64,000 bases of DNA from an uncultured Alphaproteobacteria bacterium (GTDB lineage: Bacteria; Pseudomonadota; Alphaproteobacteria; ATCC43930; CGMCC-115725). The translations under genes were made by a program, and so were the position numbers. How positions within the stretch are numbered: the stretch's first letter is position 1; each line of letters starts with the position of its first letter. The notes beneath the pieces are model-generated. The model was not told the DNA's origin. It worked only from the letters and a program-made list of their open reading frames with translations, and did no database searches. This document shows positions 10,858 to 25,012 of this stretch, one piece after another. The stretch lies in contig OY970069.1 in NCBI GenBank assembly GCA_963705325.1, positions 4,199,172 to 4,263,171 on the forward strand. The letters are read 5' to 3'.

Positions 10858-11583
10858 CTATGCCGCGTCGTCGACGATCGTAAAGCGCCCCTTGCCCTGT
10901 ACGACCTCTGCAAATCCGCCGTTCTCGAAAATCGAGAAAACGAGGATCGGGATACGGTTTTCGCGAGCCAGCGAAACCGCCGCCGCGTCCATCACTTGAA
11001 GGTCTTGTGCAAGCACGTCGTGGTAACTCAGCCGATCGAACCGCTTGGCATTGGCAACGAGATGCGGATCGGCATCGTAGACGCCATCGACCTTGGTTGC
11101 CTTGAGCAAGGCGTCGCAGCCCATCTCGGACGCGCGCAGTGCCGCCGCCGTGTCCGTGGTAAAAAACGGATTTCCGGTGCCCGCGCCGAAGATCACGACT
11201 CGGCCCTTTTCAAGATGCCGCACCGCGCGTCGGCGAATGTATGGCTCACACACCGACTGCATCGAGATCGCCGACTGGACGCGCGTCGGCACTCCGCGCC
11301 GCTCTAGCTCGTTCTGCATCGCTAGCGAATTAATGACGGTGGCGAGCATGCCCATGTAGTCGGCCGACGCCCGCTCCATGCCGACGGCCGCGCCCGAGAC
11401 GCCACGAAAGATGTTGCCGCCGCCGATGACGACGCAAACCTCGACACCGAGCGCATGGACCGACTTGATCTCGTCAGCGATGCGCGCCACCACGAGCGGG
11501 TCGAGGCCGTAATCGCGCTCTCCCATGAGCGCCTCGCCGGATATCTTCAAGAGGACGCGGCGATATTTAAGATCGGCTGCCAT
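10858..11583 (-). CDS. pyrH: UMP kinase
   Basis: [13 protein letters not shown] and GGGNIFRG motifs; 241 aa. Confidence 0.95.
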   Translation of the reverse strand: MAADLKYRRVLLKISGEALMGERDYGLDPLVVARIADEIKSVHALGVEVCVVIGGGNIFRGVSGAAVGMERASADYMGMLATVINSLAMQNELERRGVPTRVQSAISMQSVCEPYIRRRAVRHLEKGRVVIFGAGTGNPFFTTDTAAALRASEMGCDALLKATKVDGVYDADPHLVANAKRFDRLSYHDVLAQDLQVMDAAAVSLARENRIPILVFSIFENGGFAEVVQGKGRFTIVDDAA

Positions 11584-11686
11584 GGCCTCGCTTAATCAAG
11601 CCTTCGCGCCCGTTTCGCGAGCCCGCACAAAATACACCAATCGAGCGATGCCGCACCGGCTTTCGCTGGCGCGGCAAGTCAATCGG

Positions 11687-12610
11687 CTAATGGAGCTGGG
11701 CTGCAACCTCGCCAGCGAAATCAGACGGCGGCCGTTCGATCCCCTCGCCGAGGGCGAAACGGACAAAGGCGGCGATCTTGATCGGGGTCCCCGCATCTTT
11801 GGAGGCCGCCTCGACGACCTTGCCGACCCGGGTCTCGCCATCGATCACGTAGACCTGATCGAGTAGCACCGAATCCTCATAGAATTTGCGCAGGCGGCCC
11901 TCGACCATGCGATCGACGATGTCCGCTGCCTTGCCGCTCTCTAGCGCCTGCTCTCTGAGCACGGCACGCTCGCGATCGAGCGCGGACACCGGGACGGAAG
12001 CCTGGTCAAGATATTGCGGGTTGGCCGCCGCGACATGCATCGCCAACTGGCGGCCTAGCGGCGCGAGCACCTCCTCGCTCGCCGCCGACTCCAGCGCGAC
12101 CAGCACGCCGATCTTGCCGAGACCCGGTGAAACGGCATTGTGGACATACGAGGCGACGTGTCCCTGACCGACCGTCAGCCGCTTCACCCGGCGCAGCACC
12201 ATATTCTCGCCGACCCGCGCAATAAGGTCGGTAAGCTCGCCCTCGACCGTCTTGCCGTTGCCGGCGAACGAAGCCGCCTTCAACGTATCGGCGTCGCGGT
12301 CCTGGGAGACGGCGAGCGCCGCGACCGAACGCACGAAGGCCTGGAACAGCTCGTTGCGCGCGACGAAATCGGTCTCCGAGTTCACCTCGACGACCGCGCC
12401 GGCCTTGGCTGCGGTCGCCACCCCGACCAACCCTTCGGCGGCGACGCGTCCGGCCTTTTTCGCCGCCGCGGCTAGGCCCTTCTTGCGCAGTCCGTCGAAC
12501 GCCGCCTCGATATCGCCCTTGCTTTCTTCGAGCGCGCGCTTGCAATCCATCATTCCCGCGCCGCTCTTCTCGCGTAGTTCCTTGACCAGTGCGGCAGTGA
12601 TTTCCGCCAT
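11687..12610 (-). CDS. tsf: elongation factor Ts
   Basis: [28 protein letters not shown]-terminus; 307 aa. Confidence 0.95.
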   Translation of the reverse strand: MAEITAALVKELREKSGAGMMDCKRALEESKGDIEAAFDGLRKKGLAAAAKKAGRVAAEGLVGVATAAKAGAVVEVNSETDFVARNELFQAFVRSVAALAVSQDRDADTLKAASFAGNGKTVEGELTDLIARVGENMVLRRVKRLTVGQGHVASYVHNAVSPGLGKIGVLVALESAASEEVLAPLGRQLAMHVAAANPQYLDQASVPVSALDRERAVLREQALESGKAADIVDRMVEGRLRKFYEDSVLLDQVYVIDGETRVGKVVEAASKDAGTPIKIAAFVRFALGEGIERPPSDFAGEVAAQLH

Positions 12611-12637
12611 TGTCTTATCCTCTGGTGCAACGCCGGC

Positions 12638-13501
<864 letters not shown>

Positions 13502-13669
13502 CGTTCGCATCCTTTTCCGGTTCTGCCGCCGCAGGGGTAATCAGCTCTCGCTGACACCGGAGCGAACGCCACCATCGGCGGCGCCGCGACCCTGCGTGTG
13601 GTTTAGAGGCGATTACGTAAGGGCTAAGGGTCGATTTGGCAAGCGCCCAACGACCTACGGCGCTCGCCA

Positions 13670-14875
13670 ATGCCCGTTGCTCGCGGGCTACGGATGCTTA
13701 CTCTAGCCGCGGCGCGCACGCGCAAAAGAGAGGAAGGTCGGCTGGTGGTCGAGCAGCATTGGCCGCGCAGCGGCGCCCTGATTGGCATCCTAGTGTGCCT
13801 CGTTCTCGCGGCGGCCCTCCTCTTCGCTGTACCGGCGCGGGCGGTTATGCAGAACGAGTCGCCGCCGCCCGGAGTTTCGGGCACCCGCGCCAGCCCGCCA
13901 CCGACCGCTCCCGGGTTACCACAGGTACCCGCCTCGCCCCCGCCGGCGGGGATGCCAGCGCCTGCTCGGGCTGACCTCGCACCGCCGCGCATCCTGACCG
14001 GGCACACCGAAATCGTCGCCTCGGTCGCCTTCTCACCCGACGGCCGCCAGCTTGTTTCGGGCAGCTTCGACAAGACCGTGCGACTGTGGGACGTGGCGAG
14101 CGGTACGGTCTTGAACCGCATGGCGCAGCATGTCGGGATCGTCCGCTCAGTCGCCTTTTCGCCGGACGGACGGCTCATCGCCTCGGGCAGTTATGACCAC
14201 ACGATCAAGCTCTGGATCCCGTCGACCGGTGACGTGCGCACGCTAAATGGCCACAGCAACACTGTCGAGTTGGTCGCCTTCTCGCCCGACGGCAAGCTGC
14301 TCGCCTCGGGCAGCTTCGACCGCACGATCAAGCTCTGGGATGTCGCGAGCGGCAGCCCGGTGCGGACGCTGATTGGGCACCTCGACTGGGTCGAGTCGGT
14401 CGCCTTTTCGCCCGATGGCAAGCTGCTCGCATCGGCGTGTAAGGACGGTACGATCGACATCTGGAACCCGTCGGGCGGACCGCCTTACCGCACCCTGCGT
14501 GGCCATACGAGCTACGTCGTCTCGGTTGCTTTCTCGCCGGACGGGTCAATCCTCGCATCGGGTGCGCAAGACAGCACCGCACGCCTGTGGAACCCAGCGA
14601 TCGGGGTGCTGCTACACACGCTTGCCGGGCACGCTGGCGACGTCAATTCAATCGCGTTCTCGCCCGACGGGCGCGTGATCGCCTCGGCCAGCGATGATCA
14701 CACGATCAAGCTGTGGGATGTCGCCTCGGGCCAGCTCCTGCGCACTCACAGCGGCCACACCGATCTTGTCTACTCGGTCGCGTTCTCGCCCGATGGCAGG
14801 ACGCTTGCTTCGGGCAGCTCCGACAAGACGATCCGATTGTGGGACGTCTCCGACCTGACCCAGCCCGGGCGCTAG
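13670..14875 (+). CDS. membrane-anchored WD40 repeat (7-blade beta-propeller) protein
   Basis: Basic N-terminus, one TM (ALIGILVCLVLAAALLFAV), and a Pro-rich linker. These are followed by seven 41-42 aa repeats of the form GH..V.SVAFSPDG..LASGS.D.TIKLWDV. The start could also be the ATG at 13694. Confidence 0.85.
   Translation: MPVARGLRMLTLAAARTRKREEGRLVVEQHWPRSGALIGILVCLVLAAALLFAVPARAVMQNESPPPGVSGTRASPPPTAPGLPQVPASPPPAGMPAPARADLAPPRILTGHTEIVASVAFSPDGRQLVSGSFDKTVRLWDVASGTVLNRMAQHVGIVRSVAFSPDGRLIASGSYDHTIKLWIPSTGDVRTLNGHSNTVELVAFSPDGKLLASGSFDRTIKLWDVASGSPVRTLIGHLDWVESVAFSPDGKLLASACKDGTIDIWNPSGGPPYRTLRGHTSYVVSVAFSPDGSILASGAQDSTARLWNPAIGVLLHTLAGHAGDVNSIAFSPDGRVIASASDDHTIKLWDVASGQLLRTHSGHTDLVYSVAFSPDGRTLASGSSDKTIRLWDVSDLTQPGR
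14000..14872 (+). repeat. tandem coding repeats of 123-126 nt (x7) inside the WD40 gene
   Basis: The gtcgccttctc(a/g)cccgacggc...ctctgggatgtcgcgagcgg blocks recur at 14024, 14150, 14273 and onward with high nucleotide identity. Confidence 0.8.
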
Positions 14876-14893
14876 GCGGATCTGATCGACCCC

Positions 14894-18346
<3,453 letters not shown>

Positions 18347-18463
18347 TTTGGTCTCGAACAGTTGGCCCTTTACCATCGCACCACGGCAACGCGAAATCAG
18401 CATCGGATCGCGAACTTAGCGATTCCGCGAAACGCGGCTTGTCCCGCGCCACCGACGCGCCGA

Positions 18464-19156
18464 CTAGACTGGCGACTCGATGCTCCGCAGCTTACCCCCC
18501 TCGAGCGTCACGATGCGGTCGAGGCGGTTGGCGATCTCAAGATTGTGTGTCGCGATCAGTACCGCGAGCCCGGTAGCGCGGGTGATGTCGATCAAAGTCG
18601 ACATCACCCCATCGGCGGTGGCCAGGTCGAGATTGCCGGTGGGCTCGTCGGCGAGAAGGATTTGCGGCCCGTTGGCGAGCGCGCGGACGATCGCGACGCG
18701 TTGCTGCTCGCCGCCCGACAGACGCGCGGGACGATGATCCATTCGATCGGCAAGCCCAACCCGCTTTAGCAGTTCTCCGGCCTTGTCCCGCGCCTCTCCG
18801 CGTGCAACCCCAGCGATCATCTGTGGGATCATCACGTTCTCCAGCGCGGAAAATTCCGGCAGCAGATGGTGGAATTGATAGACGAACCCGAGCGCCGAGC
18901 GGCGGAGCAGGGTGCGCCTCTGGTCGCTGAGGGCGCCGCATTCCTGCTCGTTGATCCGTATCTCGCCGCCGTCGGGCCGCTCCAGTAGCCCGGCGAGATG
19001 CAGCAGGGTCGATTTCCCGGCGCCGGACGGCCCGAGGAGGGCCACCAGTTCGCCCGCCCGCAAGGTCAGATCGGCGCCGCTGAGTACGGTGAGCTCGATG
19101 GTGCCTTGGCGAAACACTTTTCTCACCCCATCGAGCACCAAGGCCGGCCCGCTCAT
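18464..19156 (-). CDS. lolD: lipoprotein-releasing ABC transporter ATP-binding protein
   Basis: Walker [10 protein letters not shown], signature [11 protein letters not shown], Walker [17 protein letters not shown] overlap with the lolE stop. Confidence 0.9.
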   Translation of the reverse strand: MSGPALVLDGVRKVFRQGTIELTVLSGADLTLRAGELVALLGPSGAGKSTLLHLAGLLERPDGGEIRINEQECGALSDQRRTLLRRSALGFVYQFHHLLPEFSALENVMIPQMIAGVARGEARDKAGELLKRVGLADRMDHRPARLSGGEQQRVAIVRALANGPQILLADEPTGNLDLATADGVMSTLIDITRATGLAVLIATHNLEIANRLDRIVTLEGGKLRSIESPV

Positions 19157-20397
19157 TCGTAGCGCAGCCCCTCGACCGGATCGAGCCGCGCCGCGCGCCA
19201 CGAGGGATAGAGCGTCGCCAGAAACGACAGGGCCAGGGCCATGATCACCACAACGGTCACCTCACCGCTGTCGACGTGCGCCGGAATTCGGGTGAAAAAG
19301 TAAATTTCTGCCGAGAACAGATCGATATGCAGCACGCCCTGCAGGAATTGCCGGATCGCTTCGAGGTTCTTGGTGATCACCAGTCCCAGCCCGAACCCGG
19401 TCAGCGTCCCGACCACGCCGATGCTGGCGCCCGACAGCATGAAAATCCGCAAGATCATCCCGCGGGAGGCGCCCATTGTTCTGAGGATCGCGATATCGCG
19501 GCCCTTGTCCTTCACCATCATGATCATGCCTGAGATGATGTTGAACGCCGCGACGATGATAATTAGCGTCAAGATCAGGAACATGACGTTGCGTTCGATC
19601 TCGACGGCGTTGACGATGCTTGAGTTTGCCTTTTGCCAGTCGAGGATACGCACCGGCCGGTTGAGCTTCTGGGCGATGGCGCGCCCGATGGCCGTGGACT
19701 GGTCGGCATTGCGGACGAAGACTTCGAGATAGCTGACCGCGTTCGGCATCTTGAAGAAGAGCTGCGCGGCGTCGAGCGGCATATAGATGAAGCTGTTGTC
19801 GTATTCGAAGAACCCGACATCGAATAACGCCGTGACAGTATAGGTTTTCATCCGCGGCACTGTGCCGAACGCGGTATCGGTGCCCTCCGGCGAAATCAGC
19901 GTGATCTTTCCCCCGACGGCAACCCCGAGCCGCCGCGCCAGCCGGTCGCCGATGGCGATGTTGTCGTCGGCGAAATCGGCCAGCGAGCCTGAGACGATAT
20001 GGTCGGCGATCAGCTTGCGGGCGCGGATGTCGTCGGGACGGATGCCGCGCACCACCGCGCCTGCCGCCGCGCCGCTACCCGTGGCCATCACCTGGCCCTC
20101 GACCAACGGCGTCGCGCTGACCACCCCGGGCACCTCGCGAACCTGGACCGCAGTCGCATCGAAATCGCTCATTGTCGCGCCTGAACCGTAGAAGCCGAGA
20201 TGACCGTTGAGCCCCAGGATCCGGCCGATCAAATCCTCCCGGAACCCGTTCATCACCGACATGACGATGATCAGCGTCGCGACGCCGAGCGCGATGCCGA
20301 GCAGCGAGAAGATCGCAATGACCGAAACGAAACCTTCCTGGCGCCGCGCCCGCAGATAGCGGAACGCGACCATTCGCTCGAAGGTACCGAAGATCAC
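19153..20397 (-). CDS. lolE: lipoprotein-releasing system permease LolC/E family
   Basis: 414 aa with MacB-like FtsX topology, immediately upstream of lolD. Confidence 0.9.
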   Translation of the reverse strand: MIFGTFERMVAFRYLRARRQEGFVSVIAIFSLLGIALGVATLIIVMSVMNGFREDLIGRILGLNGHLGFYGSGATMSDFDATAVQVREVPGVVSATPLVEGQVMATGSGAAAGAVVRGIRPDDIRARKLIADHIVSGSLADFADDNIAIGDRLARRLGVAVGGKITLISPEGTDTAFGTVPRMKTYTVTALFDVGFFEYDNSFIYMPLDAAQLFFKMPNAVSYLEVFVRNADQSTAIGRAIAQKLNRPVRILDWQKANSSIVNAVEIERNVMFLILTLIIIVAAFNIISGMIMMVKDKGRDIAILRTMGASRGMILRIFMLSGASIGVVGTLTGFGLGLVITKNLEAIRQFLQGVLHIDLFSAEIYFFTRIPAHVDSGEVTVVVIMALALSFLATLYPSWRAARLDPVEGLRYE

Positions 20398-21707
20398 GCC
20401 GTTACGCGCTCGAGCGCCGCGTCAGCCGGCAGGTCTTGCCGATCACCGGTGCGCCGGTTCTTTACTTCGAGCGTGCCGGCGGCAACGCCGCGCGGTCCAA
20501 CGATGAGCTGCCAGGGCAAGCCAATGAGGTCCATGGTCGCGAACTTGGCGCCCGGCGACTCGTCGCGGTCGTCATAGAGTACCTCGATCCCACGATCGCA
20601 CAGCCTAGCGTACAGCTCGTCGGCGGCGGCGACGCAGCGAGCGTCCGCGGCCCGCAGATTGACGAGCCCCACCCGGAAGGGCGCTACCGGCTCAGGCCAG
20701 ATGATCCCGGCATCGTCGTGGTTGGCCTCGATCAGCGCGCCGACCAGTCGCGATACGCCGATCCCGTAGGAACCCATTTCCAACGGTACGGTGCTGCCGT
20801 CCGCGAGGCTGACGACCGCCCCCATCGGCGCCGAATATTTGGTGCCGAAATAGAAGGTCTGGCCGACCTCGATGCCGCGTGCGGTAACCAGCCGGTCGGC
20901 CGGCACCGGGCATTTCGCAGGGTCGTGGATTTCATCGGTGGCGGCGTAAAGCGCCGTCCATTCCCGGAACCCGGGCTCGAGATCGCTGTCGTAATCGACC
21001 GGGTTGGCGAGGATATCGCGGTCGAGCCAGGCCTTGTCACAATACACTTGGCTTTCGCCGGTGTCGGCCAGCACCTGGAACTCATGGCTGAGGTCGCCGC
21101 CGATCGGCCCGGTATCCGCCCGCATCGGGATCGCCTTCAGCCCCATCCGCGCGAACGTGCGGAGATAGGCGAAGAACATATTGTTGTATGCCCGCTTAGC
21201 CCCCGCGGCATCGAGATCGAAGCTGTAAGCGTCCTTCATTAGGAACTCGCGCCCGCGCATCACGCCGAAACGCGGCCGCACCTCGTCGCGAAACTTCCAC
21301 TGGATGTGGTAAAGGTTCTTTGGTACGTCGCGATAACTCTTGATTGCGTCGCGGACGATCGCGGTGATCATCTCCTCGTTGGTCGGGCCGTACAGCATCT
21401 CGCGGTCGTGGCGGTCGCGGATGCGGAGCATCTCCTCGCCGTAATCGTCGTAGCGGTTGCTTTCGCGCCATAGATCGGCCGGCTGTATCGTCGGCATCAA
21501 CACTTCCTGCGCACCAGCGCGATCCTGCTCCTCTCGCACGATCTGCTCGACTTTTTTCAACACGCGAAAGCCGAGTGGCAGCCACGAATAGATGCCGGCG
21601 GAGGATTGGCGGATCATGCCGGCGCGCAGCATCAACCGGTGCGAGACGATTTGCGCCTCGCTTGGGTTTTCGCGGATCACCGGCAGGAAGTATCGAGAAA
21701 GGCGCAT
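20394..21707 (-). CDS. proS: proline--tRNA ligase (short alphaproteobacterial type)
   Basis: [34 protein letters not shown] and class II aaRS motifs; 437 aa from the ATG at 21707. Confidence 0.95.
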   Translation of the reverse strand: MRLSRYFLPVIRENPSEAQIVSHRLMLRAGMIRQSSAGIYSWLPLGFRVLKKVEQIVREEQDRAGAQEVLMPTIQPADLWRESNRYDDYGEEMLRIRDRHDREMLYGPTNEEMITAIVRDAIKSYRDVPKNLYHIQWKFRDEVRPRFGVMRGREFLMKDAYSFDLDAAGAKRAYNNMFFAYLRTFARMGLKAIPMRADTGPIGGDLSHEFQVLADTGESQVYCDKAWLDRDILANPVDYDSDLEPGFREWTALYAATDEIHDPAKCPVPADRLVTARGIEVGQTFYFGTKYSAPMGAVVSLADGSTVPLEMGSYGIGVSRLVGALIEANHDDAGIIWPEPVAPFRVGLVNLRAADARCVAAADELYARLCDRGIEVLYDDRDESPGAKFATMDLIGLPWQLIVGPRGVAAGTLEVKNRRTGDRQDLPADAALERVTA

Positions 21708-21820
21708 AGCTGCTGCTTTTGGCTGACGGGCGCGCACTCTAGGCAAGACACCCTGCCCTGTCCATTGAGCGACCTATCGGCGGAATGACGCGGCGAGCGA
21801 TTTCCGCGAAAATTTACGCG

Positions 21821-21886
21821 ATGCTCGAAAGCCTATTCCACCTCAAGGAAAACGGCACCACCGTCCGCACCGAGCTGGTTGCCGGC
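21821..21886 (+). pseudogene. N-terminal remnant (about 22 codons) of an AzgA/NCS2-type purine permease gene
   Basis: ATG at 21821 reads MLESLFHLKENGTTVRTELVAG. This matches the very conserved N-terminus of adenine/guanine/hypoxanthine permeases. Homology then stops, and the frame ends after 43 codons in AT-richer sequence. Confidence 0.45.
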
Positions 21887-22100
21887 GGGCTGCTAGTCCG
21901 TCCCACTTCGTCCTGGCGCTCGTCGTTGATCATAAAATGCACGCTATTTTGACAAGAAATCGCGTGACCATCCGGTAGGTTCTGCGTAAGATGCCAGCAA
22001 AAGCGCGTTGACTGGGCAATAGCCTGGCCCGAGTTCAGGGAGGCTCGGAACCGAACCGGCCGATGGCGGAAATCGCGGCCGGATAAACGAGAACAGTGTT

Positions 22101-22130
22101 GGCAGGGCTTGGCCCTGCCTATTTTTTGTT
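22101..22130 (+). terminator. intrinsic terminator-like hairpin followed by a T-run
   Basis: GGCAGGGC-ttgg-GCCCTGCC followed by TATTTTTTGTT. On the minus strand the A-run precedes the stem, so the element is orientation specific. Confidence 0.6.
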
Positions 22131-22266
22131 CAAATGGTCGCCGTCAACCGCGACAATCGGCAGCGGCTTGAGCTGCCGTCTCGCGGTTGCCTTAACCGGG
22201 CGCATGCTTATCCTGCGCGCCCTTTATCGACAGCGAGATCGCGCCCTCTGGGGCGGGGATGACGAG

Positions 22267-23451
22267 ATGGCGCATAAGAACGGCTGGCATTTTTTCATGA
22301 ATCCCGGGCCGACCAACATCCCGGACCGCATCCTGCGGGCGATGGATCGCGCCACGATGGATTTTACCGGCGCCGAGTTCCGCGCCATCGCCGACGAGTG
22401 CTTCGCCGGTCTGCAGCGCGTGTTCAAAACCACCGCTCCCATCCTGGGTTACGCCTCGACCGGGCACGGGGCCTGGGAAGCCGCGCTAGTCAACTTGTTC
22501 TCGCCCGGCGACAAGGTGCTGATCGTCGAGAGCGGCTATTTCTCGGTCAATTGGGGCCTGCGGGCCGAGGCTTTTGGACTCCTGGTCGAGACGTTGCCCA
22601 ACGACTGGCGCCGCTGTGCCGACCCCGCCAAGCTCGAAGCCCGGTTGCGCGAGGACAAAGGCCACCACATCAAGGCGGTGCTTGCCGTTCATAACGAAAC
22701 CTCGACCGGGGTCGCCCATCCAATCGCGGCGATGCGCAAGGCGATCGACGCGGCAGGGCATCCGGCGCTGTTCTGCGTCGACACGATCTCCTCGCTCGGC
22801 TCGTTCGATTTTCGGATGGATGAGTGGGGGGTAGACGTAACTGTCGTCGGCTCGCAGAAAGGCCTGATGCTGCCGACCGGCATGGCCTTTACCGGGGTCA
22901 GCGCCAAGGCGATGGCGGCGACCGCGGTGGCGAAGCTGCCGCGCGTCTATTGGGATTGGCGCCGTCTTCTCGGCCAGAGCCCGCAGCAAGGCTATTGGAA
23001 CGGCACCGTGCCTGTTCACTTCTTCTACGGGCTGCGCGAGGCACTCAAGCTGCTCGAGGAAGAAGGCCTCGACAATGTGTTCGCCCGCCACCATCGCCTC
23101 GCTGAGGCGACCCGCCGCGCGGTACGCACCTGGCGGCAGAATGATGGGCCTGAGATTTTCGCGACCGATCCAAGCGGGCAATCGGACACCGTCACCGCTA
23201 TCCTGATGCCTGATGGCCATGATGCCGACGCGATGCGACAGATTTGCCTCGACAAGTTCAACGTATCGCTGGGCGGGGGGCTCGGATCTCTGAAAGGCCG
23301 GCTCTTCCGTATTGGCCATCTTGGCGACGTCAACGAAGCGATGGTGCTGGGGGCGCTCGGCGCAATCGAAATCTCCCTGGAACTCGCCGGGGTGCCGCAT
23401 GGCCGCGGCGGCGTCCAGGCGGCGATGGAATATCTGACCTCCGAGGCCTGA
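22267..23451 (+). CDS. class V aminotransferase (serine/alanine--glyoxylate or serine--pyruvate type)
   Basis: 394 aa from the ATG at 22267. [17 protein letters not shown]-terminus, and [10 protein letters not shown] carrying the PLP lysine. Confidence 0.85.
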   Translation: MAHKNGWHFFMNPGPTNIPDRILRAMDRATMDFTGAEFRAIADECFAGLQRVFKTTAPILGYASTGHGAWEAALVNLFSPGDKVLIVESGYFSVNWGLRAEAFGLLVETLPNDWRRCADPAKLEARLREDKGHHIKAVLAVHNETSTGVAHPIAAMRKAIDAAGHPALFCVDTISSLGSFDFRMDEWGVDVTVVGSQKGLMLPTGMAFTGVSAKAMAATAVAKLPRVYWDWRRLLGQSPQQGYWNGTVPVHFFYGLREALKLLEEEGLDNVFARHHRLAEATRRAVRTWRQNDGPEIFATDPSGQSDTVTAILMPDGHDADAMRQICLDKFNVSLGGGLGSLKGRLFRIGHLGDVNEAMVLGALGAIEISLELAGVPHGRGGVQAAMEYLTSEA

Positions 23452-23507
23452 TTGCCGCAGACCGACGACGAGGCTATATACCCGCGCGGTGCGGAAAGGA
23501 TCGAACG

Positions 23508-23735
23508 ATGAAAGAGGGCATCCACCCCGACTACCACGAGATCACCATCCTGATGACCGATGGCAGCTCGTACAAGACGCGCTCGACCTACGGCAAGCCA
23601 GGCGACACGCTGCGCCTCGACATCGATCCGAAATCGCACCCGGCTTGGACGGGCGGCCAGCAGCGCCTGCTCGATACCGGCGGCCAGCTCGCCCGCTTCA
23701 ACAAACGGTTCCAAGGCTTCGGCATCAAGAGCTAG
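23508..23735 (+). CDS. rpmE: 50S ribosomal protein L31
   Basis: [29 protein letters not shown]...; 75 aa. Confidence 0.95.
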   Translation: MKEGIHPDYHEITILMTDGSSYKTRSTYGKPGDTLRLDIDPKSHPAWTGGQQRLLDTGGQLARFNKRFQGFGIKS

Positions 23736-23777
23736 TTGGGAAGAGCGCCGTCTCGCTGGCGCTCCTCCCAACCGCGC

Positions 23778-24176
23778 TCAGTTGATCGCGATCCGCCGCG
23801 GCAGCGCTTCCTTCGCCTTCTTCAGGGCCAGCGTAAGTACGCCGTCTTCGACGTGCGCGCTGACTTGTTCTTGGTCCAGTTTGTTCGACAGGGTGAATGA
23901 GCGCGCGAAATGCCCGACATTGTACTCGGTGTAGAGCGGTTCCAGCCCATCGTAATTGGCGAAGTTGATCTTCGCCTCGACCCGCAGCACGTCGTCTTCG
24001 ATCTTGACCTCGATATCCTCCTTTCCGACACCGGGAATTTCCATGATGACGGTTAATGCGTCATCGGTCTCGTAGATGTCGGTGTTCGGTAGGAAGTAAC
24101 GCGACGGCACAGTCAATTCTTCCTTGCCGACAACCTCCTTCTTCTCCTGCACTTGCAGCTCTTGCGACCTGGCCAT
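23778..24176 (-). CDS. Hsp20/alpha-crystallin family small heat shock protein
   Basis: 132 aa alpha-crystallin domain (DIYETDDALTVIMEIPGVGKEDIEVKIEDDVLRVEA...). Second hsp20 gene of the operon. Confidence 0.9.
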   Translation of the reverse strand: MARSQELQVQEKKEVVGKEELTVPSRYFLPNTDIYETDDALTVIMEIPGVGKEDIEVKIEDDVLRVEAKINFANYDGLEPLYTEYNVGHFARSFTLSNKLDQEQVSAHVEDGVLTLALKKAKEALPRRIAIN

Positions 24177-24212
24177 CTCAATCCTCCGCGTCCTTATCCT
24201 TCCGCGTCAAGT

Positions 24213-24638
24213 TCAGCCGATTGCGATGGTTTTCGGCTTGTCGCGCTCGGCGCGTGGCAAATAAAGGGCGAGGACCCCATCCCGGCACTCGGCCTTGACG
24301 GCGTCCGCGTCGATTTCAACCGGCACCGTGACGGCTCGGTCGAAATGCCCGGCACGGCGCTCGCGGCGGTGCAGTGCGGCCGCCTCGCCGTAATCGATAG
24401 TCTTACTGCCGCTGAGCCGGATCGTGTTGCCCTTCACCTGCACCTGGATGTCCGCCTTGCGGACGCCAGGGACCTCGGTGATCACCACCACGTCCTCGCC
24501 CCTGCGGAAAACGTTGAGCGGTGGATAGGCCCCGGCCGCGCTGGGGCTACTCCCCAACCAGGAACTAGCCCGGAAGGCATCCAGCGTCTGCTGGAACTGT
24601 TGCAGCGTATCGAACGGGTCGGGAAACAGCATCGCCAT
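24213..24638 (-). CDS. Hsp20/alpha-crystallin family small heat shock protein
   Basis: 141 aa (PPLNVFRRGEDVVVITEVPGVRKADIQVQVKGNTIRLSG...). Confidence 0.9.
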   Translation of the reverse strand: MAMLFPDPFDTLQQFQQTLDAFRASSWLGSSPSAAGAYPPLNVFRRGEDVVVITEVPGVRKADIQVQVKGNTIRLSGSKTIDYGEAAALHRRERRAGHFDRAVTVPVEIDADAVKAECRDGVLALYLPRAERDKPKTIAIG

Positions 24639-24640
24639 GA

Positions 24641-24666
24641 CGAGCCTCCCTCGATCTAGAGGCTCG
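24641..24666 (-). promoter_or_regulatory. perfect 8-bp hairpin sequestering the hsp20 Shine-Dalgarno (thermometer/coupling-type structure)
   Basis: The mRNA reads CGAGCCUC-UAGAUCGAGG-GAGGCUCG-UC-AUG. The 3-prime arm contains part of the GGGAGG SD. The loop begins with the UAG stop of the upstream small ORF. Confidence 0.5.
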
Positions 24667-24850
24667 GAAACACGCGCGGCCAGATCGGCGGCGGCGATAT
24701 CGGCGGAAAGACGATGTCGTCGTCACGTACCTGTCGCATGCTCGGCGACGAGTCAGTCCACTCACCGGCTTCCCGCTGGCGACCGGATTTCCGGTTCCAG
24801 TTCCGGATGGCGATGTTGACGGATTGGTCGGTGTTAGCTTCGACGGTCAT
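24656..24850 (-). CDS. candidate 64-aa small protein, first gene of the hsp20 operon
   Basis: ATG at 24850 is preceded by AAGGGAGAA. Translation is MTVEANTDQSVNIAIRNWNRKSGRQREAGEWTDSSPSMRQVRDDDIVFPPISPPPIWPRVFPSL. Third-position GC is about 80%, like the real genes here. I do not recognise a family. Confidence 0.4.
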   Translation of the reverse strand: MTVEANTDQSVNIAIRNWNRKSGRQREAGEWTDSSPSMRQVRDDDIVFPPISPPPIWPRVFPSL

Positions 24851-24921
24851 TGCCACGTTCTCCCTTGAGCAACATGGAAAGCAATCGATGTCGGACCCGC
24901 TGTGGCGCCCGGCGGCCATCG

Positions 24922-24949
24922 ATTTAGGAAGCGTACGCGGCGGTTCAAG
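24922..24949 (-). promoter_or_regulatory. heat-shock-type promoter motif CTTGAA-N15-CCTAAAT (minus strand)
   Basis: On the minus strand, the -35 CTTGAA is at 24949..24944 and CCTAAAT is at 24928..24922. The hexamers and spacing are identical to the divergent plus-strand motif. Confidence 0.4.
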
Positions 24950-24978
24950 AGGTCCCAGACAACTCGCGCGACCGGATG

Positions 24979-25006
24979 CTTGAAACCGAATTGAAGCTGC
25001 CTAAAT
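24979..25006 (+). promoter_or_regulatory. heat-shock-type promoter motif CTTGAA-N15-CCTAAAT (plus strand)
   Basis: CTTGAA at 24979-24984 and CCTAAAT at 25000-25006. As I recall it, this fits the alphaproteobacterial RpoH-type pattern CTTG-N17-CYTATNT. Confidence 0.4.
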
Positions 25007-25012
25007 TACCTA

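Noticed and set aside
13624-14178. 184-aa minus-strand ORF overlapping the WD40 gene
   Set aside because: It is a mirror frame of the repeat-bearing WD40 CDS. The WD40 frame has clear repeat structure and family motifs, and this frame has none.
13670-14875. WD40 gene as eukaryotic contamination or a misassembly
   Set aside because: GC content and third-position bias match the neighbours. It is flanked on both sides, within 20-170 bp, by bacterial housekeeping genes in one contig.
24714-24983. 89-aa plus-strand ORF in the sHSP intergenic region
   Set aside because: It spans both promoter motifs and is antisense to the better-supported small ORF and its leader. It has no SD and a non-coding-like composition.
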